63,771 nt of DNA, filler included, from Reclinomonas americana ATCC 50394 (GCA_048213135.1; 8 parts of 3 records of this genome joined end to end with filler, not necessarily neighbours in it); one strand, 5' to 3'; shown: positions 12,156 through 25,671, counted from the first letter of the whole stretch. Program-made: numbers and translations. Notes: generated by a model not told the origin, from the sequence alone.

Positions 12156-15100
12156 AGAGGCCAGGTCCTGCACCCACTGCCCCTCCACACCAGTCGGACC
12201 GCCCACCAACACGCCCACACTTCCCGGCGCCAACACCCGCGAGTACTGCTGCTGGTACTGCTGCTGCTGCAAGTGGCGGTGCAGTGCGGCCGCCGACACT
12301 GCACCAACGCCACGATCGGCGCGCGCAGCCGACATGGCGTCGGCGTACTCGTCGTGCGAGAGCGGGGGCAGCATGGCAGAAGTGGCGGCCTCGGGCGATG
12401 CCATGACCGTGGCCGCTGTATTGGTGCTTGCCGCCACATCGCTCCAGTACCGGTGCGATGAGCGCAGGAAGGGCGCCGGCTCCGGTGGAGGAGCCTGGCG
12501 GGCGGCCAGGCGCCACCGCCACGGATTGAATGCGCGCGACACTGGAGCCACCACGTGACGCGCCACCGCGTTGTCAAACGACGACGACAAAGACGACAAC
12601 GACGACGACGAAGGGGAGCCCGCGGAGGGCGGAGGGGCCAAGATTGCGCTTGTGGCCGACGGGGAACGACCTCTCGTCACCGTCCACCACGAAAGCAACC
12701 AGTGCATCCAGCTGCCGCCGAATATTAGGAGCACAAGCGGCAGCGCCCACGAATTGACGAGACCCAGCCACCCATCACTCTCTACCGCCGCCGCCGTCGT
12801 CGCCGCAGTCGCCGCCGTAGGAGCAGCAGATGCACCGCCACGCGCTCGCCTGCCACCCGCAGTGGCAAACACATTCGATGCGGCGGCGGCGGAGCGCGTG
12901 GCAGGCGGCGACGAAACCAACCCGCGTCGCCGACCCTTTCTCCGCGACTCTGTGTCGCTATCGAAGCCCTTCATGGATGGCGTCACATGCGACAGCGGGG
13001 ATATCGACCGCGAGTCGTCGCTGTCGTCGCTGTCATCATCGCCGCTGTCGTCGGAGAGGCCGACCATGCTGCGCTCCTCGACCAGCCGCCCCAACATGTG
13101 CTGTTCGANNNNNNNNNNNNNNNNNNNNNNNNNNNNNNNNNNNNNNNNNNNNNNNNNNNNNNNNNNNNNNNNNNNNNNNNNNNNNNNNNNNNNNNNNNNN
13201 NNNNNNNNNNNNNNNNNNNNNNNNNNNNNNNNNNNNNNNNNNNNNNNNNNNNNNNNNNNNNNNNNNNNNNNNNNNNNNNNNNNNNNNNNNNNNNNNNNNN
13301 NNNNNNNNNNNNNNNNNNNNNNNNNNNNNNNNNNNNNNNNNNNNNNNNNNNNNNNNNNNNNNNNNNNNNNNNNNNNNNNNNNNNNNNNNNNNNNNNNNNN
13401 NNNNNNNNNNNNNNNNNNNNNNNNNNNNNNNNNNNNNNNNNNNNNNNNNNNNNNNNNNNNNNNNNNNNNNNNNNNNNNNNNNNNNNNNNNNNNNNNNNNN
13501 NNNNNNNNNNNNNNNNNNNNNNNNNNNNNNNNNNNNNNNNNNNNNNNNNNNNNNNNNNNNNNNNNNNNNNNNNNNNNNNNNNNNNNNNNNNNNNNNNNNN
13601 NNNNNNNNNNNNNNNNNNNNNNNNNNNNNNNNNNNNNNNNNNNNNNNNNNNNNNNNNNNNNNNNNNNNNNNNNNNNNNNNNNNNNNNNNNNNNNNNNNNN
13701 NNNNNNNNNNNNNNNNNNNNNNNNNNNNNNNNNNNNNNNNNNNNNNNNNNNNNNNNNNNNNNNNNNNNNNNNNNNNNNNNNNNNNNNNNNNNNNNNNNNN
13801 NNNNNNNNNNTGCGTACACAATGAGAAATGCAAAAACAATGACTTTGCAAGAAAGACGACGCAACATTGGTGTGGAAGAGACGCGAGCTGAGTGTCGACA
13901 TGGTGTCGTCAAACATGCTGCGCATCTTGCGCGTCTCCTCCTGGTACTGCTGAATAAGATCCAGCGCATCCTTGACGCGCTGGATTCGCTCCCGACAGAT
14001 GGTGACCCGCCGTCGCAACACCCACATCTCGGTTCGCATGCTGTACGGCAACACGATCGGCTTGTCGGAGAGCGAGATCAGCGGCTGGCCCGTCGAGGCG
14101 TTCTTGATGGCGGCGATAAACGACTTGCGTGCCGTCAACGACGACAAGTTGGTCGAGTTGGCCAACAGCGCAATGTCGGCCTCGCTGCTGGCGGTCGACG
14201 ATGCCGTCGACACGGAGGTCGCCGCTGCACCACCTTTCGTGGTCGCCGTGGCCGCCACCATCGCGGCGGCTTCGTCACCGTCGTTGTACGCCGCTGCATC
14301 ATTTTCCGGGCTGCCCTCACTGTCCAAGTGCAGCAGGCGCATGGAGAACTGGCGGAGGGAACGTGAGCGGCCTTGGTTCTGCATCATGTCTTGCCGCCAC
14401 AAGTCGGGACGCAGCAGCGGTGCACTGGCCGACGCCAGATCAACAGCCGCAGCAGCAGAACCACCACCAGCGCCACCGGCACCAGTCNNNNNNNNNNNNN
14501 NNNNNNNNNNNNNNNNNNNNNNNNNNNNNNNNNNNNNNNNNNNNNNNNNNNNNNNNNNNNNNNNNNNNNNNNNNNNNNNNNNNNNNNNNNNNNNNNNNNN
14601 NNNNNNNNNNNNNNNNNNNNNNNNNNNNNNNNNNNNNNNNNNNNNNNNNNNNNNNNNNNNNNNNNNNNNNNNNNNNNNNNNNNNNNNNNNNNNNNNNNNN
14701 NNNNNNNNNNNNNNNNNNNNNNNNNNNNNNNNNNNNNNNNNNNNNNNNNNNNNNNNNNNNNNNNNNNNNNNNNNNNNNNNNNNNNNNNNNNNNNNNNNNN
14801 NNNNNNNNNNNNNNNNNNNNNNNNNNNNNNNNNNNNNNNNNNNNNNNNNNNNNNNNNNNNNNNNNNNNNNNNNNNNNNNNNNNNNNNNNNNNNNNNNNNN
14901 NNNNNNNNNNNNNNNNNNNNNNNNNNNNNNNNNNNNNNNNNNNNNNNNNNNNNNNNNNNNNNNNNNNNNNNNNNNNNNNNNNNNNNNNNNNNNNNNNNNN
15001 NNNNNNNNNNNNNNNNNNNNNNNNNNNNNNNNNNNNNNNNNNNNNNNNNNNNNNNNNNNNNNNNNNNNNNNNNNNNNNNNNNNNNNNNNNNNNNNNNNNN

Positions 15101-17256
15101 NNNNNNNNNNNNNNNNNNNNNNNNNNNNNNNNNNNNNNNNNNNNNNNNNNNNNNNNNNNNNNNNNNNNNNNNNNNNNNNNNNNNNNNNNNNNNNNNNNNN
15201 NNNNNNNNNNNNNNNNNNNNNNNNNNNNNNNNNNNNNNNNNNNNNNNNNNNNNNNNNNNNNNNNNNNNNNNNNNNNNNNNNNNNNNNNNNNNNNNNNNNN
15301 NNNNNNNNNNNNNNNNNNNNNNNNNNNNNNNNNNNNNNNNNNNNNNNNNNNNNNNTGCAATACCACCCAGTCCACGAGATGCGGTGGCTTTCGAGAGTCA
15401 TCGTCCTCCGCAGCAGCGTGTTGGTGACAAGGTCAGCATGTCCACAGGCAGCAGCAGCAGCAGCCGAAGCAGCAGCACCGTGATGGAGAGTGACGAGATG
15501 ATTGGAGGCCGGGTTCGTGGCGACACCGTAGACGCCGACAGCGGCAGCGGCGAGGATGATGAGACTGGCAGCACGCATCAGCTGCGTGATGGCGAGCAGC
15601 TGCATGGACGCGTGCGTCGACGACCCGAGTCGGTTTCGTCGGCCTCGTCACGCTCGGTGTCGCCGCCAATGGCGGGCGAGCACGTGGAGCGCAGTAACGG
15701 GGTGTCACGTGTGGTCGGGGTTTCTGTTGTCGATGCGGGTGGTGGCAAGTTTCGTCGCAGCGAAACCGACACCACCGGTGACGGTGGTGATAAGGATGGG
15801 CGCCGTGCACTTGGTGTGGCACAAGGAAACGTCGGTGGTGTGCCTGACGACGATGACGAGACGGAGGATATTGTGACGGTGCGAGAGCCGCTGCGCATGC
15901 CCTCACGAATGGAAGACAATCGATCCATGACGCTGGAGGAGAAGCTGGCATCGGTCGGTGAAATGGGCGGTCTCCTGCGCGAGAATCGTCGCAAGCGACG
16001 TGATCGGCAAAAGCCAACTCGGCATCGATCCCTGTTGCGCGTTGGCGAAGCNNNNNNNNNNNNNNNNNNNNNNNNNNNNNNNNNNNNNNNNNNNNNNNNN
16101 NNNNNNNNNNNNNNNNNNNNNNNNNNNNNNNNNNNNNNNNNNNNNNNNNNNNNNNNNNNNNNNNNNNNNNNNNNNNNNNNNNNNNNNNNNNNNNNNNNNN
16201 NNNNNNNNNNNNNNNNNNNNNNNNNNNNNNNNNNNNNNNNNNNNNNNNNNNNNNNNNNNNNNNNNNNNNNNNNNNNNNNNNNNNNNNNNNNNNNNNNNNN
16301 NNNNNNNNNNNNNNNNNNNNNNNNNNNNNNNNNNNNNNNNNNNNNNNNNNNNNNNNNNNNNNNNNNNNNNNNNNNNNNNNNNNNNNNNNNNNNNNNNNNN
16401 NNNNNNNNNNNNNNNNNNNNNNNNNNNNNNNNNNNNNNNNNNNNNNNNNNNNNNNNNNNNNNNNNNNNNNNNNNNNNNNNNNNNNNNNNNNNNNNNNNNN
16501 NNNNNNNNNNNNNNNNNNNNNCCCGCCGCCGATGCAATGACCTCCTCCACCAAATCAGTAAACGAGCCGGTGCTGGCGCTGCTGACCATTCCGCTGCGTC
16601 GTCGAGTGGATCCACTGCTGCTACTGTTGGCGGCGCCTTTCACGGGCGACACCGGCGTCCACGCAGCAGAAGCCACGGCATCGCGAAGTGAGTCCTGCGC
16701 GTCACCATTGTGATGTGATGAACAACAGCAGCACAGAGGAGAGGGAGCGGAAAGGTGAGAGTACCTCGACAGGCGTCGTGAAACCACGCGTACTCCGGGT
16801 GCTTGTGTCGCGCGAGAGCAGCGGCGATGACGCCGAGTATGCCGACGCATCCACTTCGGTGGCAGCTCGTTGCGAGTGGTGGCGACGTGACGATGGTTGT
16901 TGTTGGTGTTGGTGTTGTGGTTGCTGTTGTTGCTGTGGCAGATACTGCGACTGCTGGTGCCGTGACCGCGAATGCGAAGACAGCGACGACAGGGACGACG
17001 ACGGCGGCAGTGGCATGTGGTGGTGGTGGTGGGGCTGTTGCTCCTGCTGGTGGTAGTGGGCATTGTTGTGGTGGTGATGATGATGATAGTGATGCGGCTG
17101 TTGATGGCCAAAGGTCGGCGGTTGGCTGCTGTAGTGGTGGAGATGTGCCGACGCGGCGGCAGCAGCAGCAGCCGCGGTCTGCACCGGCAACGACGCTGAC
17201 GACGACGCAGACGATGGAGGGAGCAACGGTGATGGCGGCGGTGACAACTGCTTTTG

Positions 17257-17293
<37 letters not shown>

Positions 17294-19070
17294 AGCAGCA
17301 GTTGCTGTTGTTGTTGTTGCAGTTGCTGCAGCTGCTGGTACGACGAGACACGACCCACACGACCAGTGAACATGGCGGCCGGCGCAGTCGGCAAGTGCGG
17401 CAGCAGAGGCGTCCCATGCACGGGCAGAGGTGACAGCCCCGTGTCGCTGCTGTCGCTCGAGTCACCGGCAACGTGCGCGGCGTGACGGGCACCAAACGAC
17501 TGGGAACGTCGCCGCATGTGCGGATGTGCCGACATGGCGACGGGCGCCAGTGGCGCCGGAATGATGATGCCCGTGGTCGGAGACGGTGACTTGGCGTCAC
17601 CGGGTTGTCGCCGGCTCTGGTGGTACTGTGACAACTTGCGCGGTGACACAGCCGATTGAAGTTGCTGCTGCTGCTGCTGCTGCGACAGCTCGTGCTGATG
17701 TTGCGGATGATGATGATGGTGATGCGGCTGGTTGTGATGATGCCGACCGTGCTGATGGCGACTGGACGATCCGTGCGCCGACGGAGGCAGCGGTTGCGGC
17801 GGTGGTGACGGAGACTCGGAGGATGAGCCCGATCCTGCACTCTGGCGCAAGTGCTTCTGATGCAGTCGCGCCAGCGAGTCGTGCGACTTGCTGCTGACCA
17901 TTCGCGAGCGGAACGGCCGTCGAGGCCCAGACTCACCACCGGCACTGCCAACGCTGCTGCTGGCTGCGCTGCCGGCACTGTTGGCAGTGACGCTGACTGA
18001 CATGGCCGGTTCCAGGTGCAACACATCGGGGTACGCATGCGGGTTCACAGATCGCGGCGGCTGATTCGGTGACGTGGGTGCCGTCGACGAGCGACCTTGC
18101 TGTTCACCACCCCCGTCAACACCCGGCAAAAGAGTGTATGATCGCGATGGAAGCAGCGGCGGGCGGCGATATGATGAAGGAGAGGTGGCATTCTAAAAAG
18201 GAAGCGAGAGAGAGAGGGACGGAGAAGAGAGCGACGAGGAGACAAAGTGGGTCGGGCGGTCGGTCTGTGCACTACTACGTGCGTGTCTCCTTACCGGTGA
18301 TACGCGATGCATGGAGCCCATGGAGACCACGTGGAGCAGACTACCCGAAGCGTGTCTCTGCGGGAGCGACACAGGCGTCTGTTGTTGCTGCTGCTGCTGC
18401 TGTTGTTGCAAACCAGTCGTCGACGACGAGGAGGACTCATCGGGTGGCGTTCCAACTGCCGAGGCGATCTCCGCCAGCGACGACGACGACCCAAAGCGCG
18501 GACGCGGACTCTGGAACGCAGCCGGCGCAATGCCCGACAGGTTGTCGTCGTCAGAGTCGGACTCGAAGCCATCCCACAGCTGCCACTCGGGCGCCATGCT
18601 CGACAACAGATCCACGTAGATTTGCTGCGCTACTTCCTTGGGCGTGCCTTCAAACTCCTTCCACGCGTCCCTGTATGTGTGAGGGAGAGAGAGAGAGGGT
18701 GAGAGAGACAGACAGAGAGGGATGTGAGAGAGAGTGTGAACCATTTGGAGCGCTCCACGCGGGAGAACATGGATGGGCGTTGGCCCTTGACATCGCCTGC
18801 GCGCACACGTCGATGAGACAGAGAAAGCGACGAGAGTGTGTGTGAGTGGCGCAACCTTCAGTGGCTTGCTTGAATGCCGAGTAGAAGCGCATGCGCGTGG
18901 CTTGTGGTACCTCGGCGTGCAACTGTGTGTGTGTGTGTGTGTGTGCGTGTGTAGAGTGAGCGACACACTCTGAGAGGTGTGAATGTGGGTGCTCCAGACG
19001 CAACTGGTGGTGCGCGGGCCACATAGATGGTGGCGCGGCGGAAGAGCTTGTCGAGGCGCGACTTGCCCAT
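12156..19070 (-). CDS. Large acyl-CoA-binding (ACBP) domain protein with low-complexity middle, coiled coil and hydrophobic segment; gapped
   Basis: Spliced N-terminus LFRRATIYV...MRFYSAFKQATEG|DVKGQRPSMFSRVERSKW|DAWKEF is an ACBP fold. Same-strand S/Q/H-rich ORFs follow, then a coiled coil (~13880-14060) and WALPLVLLIFGGSWMHWLLSWW (~12685-12750). Continuity across the gaps is inferred. Confidence 0.65.
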
Positions 19071-19259
19071 GGTGTTGAAAATCGAAAATCAAGATTCCAC
19101 AGGACACGCTTTGCTCTGTGCTGAGAACAAGCTCGTCACTGCCACCTGAAGCAACAACTTGCCACTCGCGCTTGGCAGCTTTCTGTTGTCGACGCGCTTG
19201 AATGTCGATTGCAACTTCATCGTTATCGGAAATCGAAGTTGTCAAGCCTTGCTGCTGTT

Positions 19260-19700
19260 CACAGACTCCAGAACCTCGGACTACCAAGCAGCATGCACAT
19301 AGCTTCTCCTGTGAAGTAGCAGCTCTCGCAACTCCTTCAGCTGCGCATGCAAGTCAGCAACCTGAAAAATTCTACGACTTGTGCCGCTAAAGAAAGACAC
19401 TGCACAAGCAAGCTTCCCTTATATACATGCTCAAGAACCCCTTTGACTGCCCAACATGACAAGCACACAGCTTCTCTGATGAAAAGCAGAAGCAACCTTC
19501 ACGGCTCTGGCAACCTGAAAGAGGATGCAACTATTGCTGACGAAAGACACTGCACAAGCAAGCTCAGTACTTAAGAACCTCGTGGATTACCCAACATTAC
19601 AAGCGCACAGCCTCTCCTGTGAAGCAGCAACAGTGTCTCGCAACTCCTTCGAAGCTGTGCATGCAAGAGCATTCTACCACTACAACGATGCCCCGCTGAG
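19260..19700. repeat. Degenerate tandem repeat, about 2.5 units of ~150-170 bp
   Basis: Recurring GAAAGACACTGCACAAGCAAGCT (~19392, ~19542), GCACA(T/C)AGC(T/C)TCTC, CAACCTGAAA and CTCGCAACTCCTTC. Confidence 0.7.
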
Positions 19701-19730
19701 AAGGAGAGCACTGCACAGCGCTTCTATTAT

Positions 19731-20147
19731 TCACAGACTGGAGAACCTACTCGACGGGCTGCCCGACACCGCCCCCACCGCACCACCAGCCCCAGAAGCA
19801 GCGGTCGCCGCCGTGGAACGCGCCGACGACACAGCCCTCCGATGCCCTGCTCCCTGCGGTGCCGCCTGCGCACCAGCAGCAGCACCACCACCACCACCAC
19901 TCTGTCGCGCCACAATCGTAGCCGCAGCCAAGTGCGTGTCGACGCTCTCCTCAATGTCGAGCAGGTCGCGGTGAATCTCACTGAGAGACTCGTACAGTGA
20001 GTCGAGTCGGTCCAGCTCGTCGCGAGAGAGCTCCTCGGCTTTGAGAATGAAGCTCTGCATGGCGCCGATCGAGGAGCCAATGGTGTCGGAGAGGTGGTTC
20101 GTCGACTGGCGGTACAAGGCCAGATGCGCAGTCACTTGCTCAGTCAT
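19731..20147 (-). CDS. BORC subunit 6 (lyspersin)-like C-terminal helical domain, last exon
   Basis: LYRQSTNHLSDTIGSSIGAMQSFILKAEEL...LSEIHRDLLDIE resembles the BORCS6 C-terminal helix pattern (recalled by eye). Preceded by a CAG acceptor. Confidence 0.5.
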   Translation of the reverse strand: MTEQVTAHLALYRQSTNHLSDTIGSSIGAMQSFILKAEELSRDELDRLDSLYESLSEIHRDLLDIEESVDTHLAAATIVARQSGGGGGAAAGAQAAPQGAGHRRAVSSARSTAATAASGAGGAVGAVSGSPSSRFSSL

Positions 20148-20222
20148 CTGTGGTGGAGAGAGAGAGAGAGGTGTAAGAGAGAGTGTGTGTGTGTGTGCTC
20201 TTCCTCTCCCTCTCTCTCCCCA

Positions 20223-20296
<74 letters not shown>

Positions 20297-20408
20297 GTTG
20301 TTCGTACTNNNNNNNNNNNNNNNNNNNNNNNNNNNNNNNNNNNNNNNNNNNNTTAATTAATTAANNNNNNNNNNNNNNNNNNNNNNNNNNNNNNNNNNNN
20401 NNNNNNNN

Positions 20409-21402
20409 GCAGTTCGGGGTTTCAAGTCGGCGTGCCCACGTCTGTGGATGAGCTGAAGGAGCTGCATGGGCACCTGACGCGCCTGCAGGAGGAGCACATG
20501 GGATTGGTCATTGCGTTCTTTGCCTCGTTGTATCTGCTGTTGCGTGAGGAGAGAATGCGGGGATCTCGGGTGCTTGCATGTGCCTCGTTGCTCTCTCTCT
20601 CTCTCTCGTGCTGGGGTTGCGTAATGCACAGGTCATGCCCTGCTCACTGTCGTCTGCGTGCAGCAAGCAAACCTTTGCCATTCCCGGCTCGATCTTCATG
20701 AATCTGCTGGCGGGATCGTTGTTGGGCGTGTGGAGAGCGTTCCCGATGGTGACACTGGTGAGTCGGAGGAAGAGTTGCTGTGCGCAGGCGATATGCGCAA
20801 CTGCTGAGCTCGTTCGCCTTGTGCTGTCGGCAGTTGTGTTCGTGTGGCGCGTCGCTGTGCTACGGGTTGAGTCAGATGGTGGGCCGACATACGATTCGAA
20901 GACTGGCGGCATCCAAGTTTGAGCAGTTCGAGGCCATGGTGCGTGCATCGCAGCGTGCGCGCGTTCTGCAGTCACTGCCGCTCACCGTGTCGATTTTTAT
21001 CTGCAGCTTCGCAAGCAGAACGAGAACCTCGTGTTTTACCTCATCTCCCTCCGCCTCTTCCCCTTCACACCCAACTGGGCCATCAACGCCATCTCGCCGC
21101 TGGTGGGCATCAAGTTTCCCACCTTCTTCCTCACCATCACCGTTGGTCTGGCGCCCTACCACTTTTTTGACGTGCGAGGCCGGCGAGATCCTCTCCGAGA
21201 TCCACTCCGCCTCCGACGTCCTGTCACCCTCGGTGCTCCTGAAGCTGGCGGTGGTGGCTGGCGGCGTGGTGTTGCTGAACTACTTCCGCCGCAAGTTCAT
21301 GGCGCGGCGGAAAAAGGCCCGTGACACGCTGATGAAGACCACGAAGCGGCAAGACGTGGCGGCGCGTGATCCACTCGGCAGACTCGATGCTCTTCGCGTG
21401 TC
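20409..21402 (+). CDS. TMEM41: TMEM41/DedA (VTT domain) membrane protein, partial, with an apparent +1 frameshift near 21165
   Basis: YLL|KQTFAIPGSIFMNLLAGSLLG, GASLCYGLS, YLISLRLFPFTPNWAINAISP. Introns 20539-20663, 20758-20833, 20939-21006. Confidence 0.9.
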
Positions 21403-22026
21403 NNNNNNNNNNNNNNNNNNNNNNNNNNNNNNNNNNNNNNNNNNNNNNNNNNNNNNNNNNNNNNNNNNNNNNNNNNNNNNNNNNNNNNNNNNNNNNNNNN
21501 NNNNNNNNNNNNNNNNNNNNNNNNNNNNNNNNNNNNNNNNNNNNNNNNNNNNNNNNNNNNNNNNNNNNNNNNNNNNNNNNNNNNNNNNNNNNNNNNNNNN
21601 NNNNNNNNNNNNNNNNNNNNNNNNNNNNNNNNNNNNNNNNNNNNNNNNNNNNNNNNNNNNNNNNNNNNNNNNNNNNNNNNNNNNNNNNNNNNNNNNNNNN
21701 NNNNNNNNNNNNNNNNNNNNNNNNNNNNNNNNNNNNNNNNNNNNNNNNNNNNNNNNNNNNNNNNNNNNNNNNNNNNNNNNNNNNNNNNNNNNNNNNNNNN
21801 NNNNNNNNNNNNNNNNNNNNNNNNNNNNNNNNNNNNNNNNNNNNNNNNNNNNNNNNNNNNNNNNNNTCTCTCTCTTGAGTCAATCACACACAATGCATAC
21901 AAATCATCATCGCAACTTGCGAATGGCCACAATCGAATAGAGGAACGTGATCGCACACAAGCCAATGACCACACCAGCAACGACCAGGCCACCGCGGAAA
22001 CACACCTCTGCACACACACGTGTCAA

Positions 22027-22071
<45 letters not shown>

Positions 22072-22203
22072 TGCACGCAGTGTCACCTTGCGATGCTGCA
22101 TGTGCGTCGGCCTCTTGCGGCGCCCATCCAGCAGGCGACTTCATACGCTCTCTCTCTCACACACACACAAGAGAAAACGAAATTGCGCCTCCTTTGATCA
22201 GAC

Positions 22204-25200
22204 ATGCGAGCCTCCACCTCCTCCTCTGCATGGGTGATCATTGTCGGCATTGTGGCCATTCTGTGCACAGTGACTTATGTGCTGGTCAGTGTGTACCGAC
22301 CGGCAGCAGCACCATCGCCCGTGGGCGTTGAGGAAGGCAAGAAGACCGATGAGCAGAGGAGAGCACGAGAGCTGCAGCGCAAGCTGGAGAAGGAGCAGGC
22401 GGAGGCACGCAAGAGACGCGAGCTGCAGGAGAAGAGAAAGGCAGAGGAGGCGGAGGTAGGTGGTGATGTGTCATCTCTCTCTCTCGCTGCGATCGTCTTC
22501 TCAACCATGTCGGCAGCGGAAGCGCAAGGAGAAGACCAAGCCTGCTCCCCCTCCGCCGCCTCCATCGCCTCCTCCTCCTCCTCCTGCAGAGCCGCTGTCT
22601 CCATCGCCGCCACCACCACCTGCATCGCCATCACCTCAGGCTCCGATCACACCTCCTCCTTCGTCACCACCAAAGATCATTGCTGATCCGTCGACGCTCA
22701 CGGTGTTGCTTCGCTGCGACGTGCATGCCCGCGAGTGGAAGCGAGTCGTGTTGAGTTGCGTCTTGTGTTCTGTTTCGCCTTGCTGCTGCTTCGAGTGCTG
22801 ACCAGCAAAGAAAAAGATGGAGCGCAATCCGGTCGGCAGGTGGTGGTGGAGTCGTTGGTGCACGGGCTGGAGCAGCTGCATGTGCGACAAGTAATCGTGA
22901 CCGCGTCGATGACGGAGTGGCGCAAGCAGTTCAATCGGCACTGCGAAGATACACCGATGCGCTGTGTGCATATCACCGAAGTGGCGTGGCAGCCGCATAT
23001 CAGGGACCACCTGCTGTCGCAGTTTGTGCCGTCGCCGCATGCCGATCGGCAGGCAATGGAGCCGGAGGAGCGCGAACGACTGCGGTACAAGGAGGTGGAT
23101 GTGTTTCGGCAAATCTACTCGCTGTCGCTGGACGAGGTGTGCGATGCGCCGCTGCGTGAGCACGGCAAGGCGTACCCGCTGACGCAGTACCTGGTGTCGT
23201 ACCGCTCCGGGGCACCGTGTAACTCGTTCTTGGGGTTCTTTGTGCCACCGGCACCGCCGGCGGTGCTAGCGCAGCGGCGAACGCACTTCTCAGGTCACCC
23301 AGTACTGCTGCTGAGTGGTAAGGATCCAGCATCGTACGACAGTCTGCGGCACATCATCGCTGCCCTGGTCCCACTGGCCTCGAAAGTGTACTACGACGCA
23401 CGGATGACACTGCCGGCGCTGGAGGGTGCATATACACACGGCAAGGTGGTTCGCCTGCCGCCGTCGTACCACGCCGATCGCGACAAGTTGCGCAGCGCAC
23501 TGCGCGACGAGATCGATGTGATCGTCGGCCTTACAGAGCCAGTCAACGATCCGATGGCGATGGAGGCCCTCGGTGCCGGTGCCTTTGTCATGAATGCCGC
23601 CTTTTCCATCACCTACGATGTCACTCGCCACATACAGTACCCGGCGCTGGTACGTGCAACCTGGAACGTAGTATGCAAGGTGGCACGGGAGGTGTGAACT
23701 GACTGCACTTTTCCCACGCAGACGATCCTTCCGGCAACGTGCGTGTACGACACGGAGGACACCAGCAGCGCACTAGCGTGTATGCATGCAGCGATCGAGT
23801 ACCTCTCGAGCCAGGCCCGCGAAATATCGTTCGTGCCCTGTTTCTCACCCTTGCACACTTGTGACATTCACTTACCCGCCTGCGCAGAGCCCTTCCCCGC
23901 GACTACACCGAGGACGAGTACATTAGCAGACTGAGAGTGCTGCTTGGGGAGCCGATGCGGCGCTCGACGCAGATCAGCAAGCCGCGAGAAGGGCAGGGTG
24001 AACAGGAACCAGAGCGGATGCCTCCCGTCGACTACGATCCGAGCATTCTCGAAAAGCTCAAGATTGTCACCCGCGTGGACGGCCTCACACCGGAGTGGGT
24101 GGAGGACAATGAGAAGAACAGTTGTGCTTTCTGCTGGCGAGTTTGCTTCGTGCACCCTGTTCGATGCTCATCATCCGTCGATGCACACAGCTCGTGGACC
24201 TCGTGGCAACACAATCCTTTTCGACTCTCTGCGTCTGGTGTCGCGTGAGCTCGATACTGATCTCATCGGCACGTATGGCATGACGCACTGGGACTTGGTT
24301 TTGCGTGAGCACTGCTTCGAATTGGGCGACTGCGTGTTCATTGTGGACGAGAAGTACGTGGCAGACGTGGTGCGGCGCCTGTTTGTCAGTTTTGCACTGA
24401 AGGCGATGGAGCCGGCGACGGAGCGCAGTGCGTCGCTTTGCGTATTGGCTGTGTTGTACCTGCCTCATAATTCTTCGCCTTTGCAGTCTTCGTACTCAGT
24501 CCACTCGGCCGCTGTCACAAGTCGGGCACGTACTTTGACGGCCTCCTCCCGCTGGCCAACTTTCTCAGCGGGACGCCAAACTCGTGCAACACATTCTTGG
24601 GCTTCTACCTTGGCGACGATCTGTTTCGGGGAGCGGTGGCGAGTGACGCCGAAGGCGACGAGGCAAAGCAGCACACGCCGCCCGTTGGATCGCATGTGGC
24701 GGCCTACATTGTCGGCAAGGTGCGGATGCACACAATGTGATGCAAAATAGTGATCCGCAGACTCACGCGGATGGTGGTGGCACGCAGACCGTGGCTGACT
24801 ACCGGCAAACGGAGTTGGACGTGTTTGGTGCACTGGCCGCGGTTGTTGACGTGGTGTACTACACGTGCGAGGAGCGCCTGACCGACTTGGAAGCCGCGTT
24901 TCCCAATATGCGCCGTCGACCGTTCATCTCGTACGACGATTGGCGCAAGCGATTCGGCACCGAAGTGCGCGTGGCCGTGGGGGTGAGTGTGTCTGCGGCT
25001 GCGCATCACTGAGAGAGGAGCGCACTCAAGCATCGTTTTGTTGCGTTGCAGCTGGGCACTCCGCTGGAGGCACTCGAGGTGTACGAACTGCTGGCGGCTG
25101 GCGTCCCCTACCTCAATCCCACATTCGTTGTGCCGAGTCGTGTCAACAGCATATATCGGCGGTCGCAGCATGCGTTTTTGGTTTGTTTTTGCCGTTCCCA

Positions 25201-25562
25201 TCTGTGCCGCAAGCGTGATGCTCGAGCTCATCGGCGGCACACGACAGCAATTTTCCGGGCTGCCTCTCGTCTGTCACTACGAGATGAATAATGTGGACAG
25301 CTTGCGGCATTGTCTCGCCACTGTGTTCCCCAACGAGGACACGAGTGCCGAAGCGATCCATATACCCGATGTCATAGAACCAGGGTATGTGCTTTGCGAG
25401 TGGCGGTGCCGACGTATCTAGCTCACCTGTCTGCACAGAAACGGCTTCCCTGGCGAGTTGAGTCACGAGGCGTACACACAGCGCTTGCGGTCTGTGCTGC
25501 TGCCATTTGCGCGACCCATGGTCGACAATGTGCTTCTCAGAGAACCCGATGAGAACGACTGA
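22204..25562 (+). CDS. Type II membrane protein with two tandem GT18 (MGAT5/GnT-V-like) glycosyltransferase domains
   Basis: N-terminal TM, coiled-coil and Pro-rich stem. Twice the MGAT5-like series: N(S/T)FLGF, (S/V)GK, VGL.EP...MEALGAGAFVMN and VG|LGTPLEALEVYELLAAGVPYLNP, QYP/SQH, P.E/D....Y..RL. Confidence 0.7.
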
Positions 25563-25671
25563 AGATCAAGAAGGGCGAGTTGTTGGTTTCTAACAAGTTT
25601 CTGTTGATTCACTAAGCTGTACATCCTTAAAGTTGTCGTGTGGCACTCGTGCGATTGCTCGAGGCCTGTGC

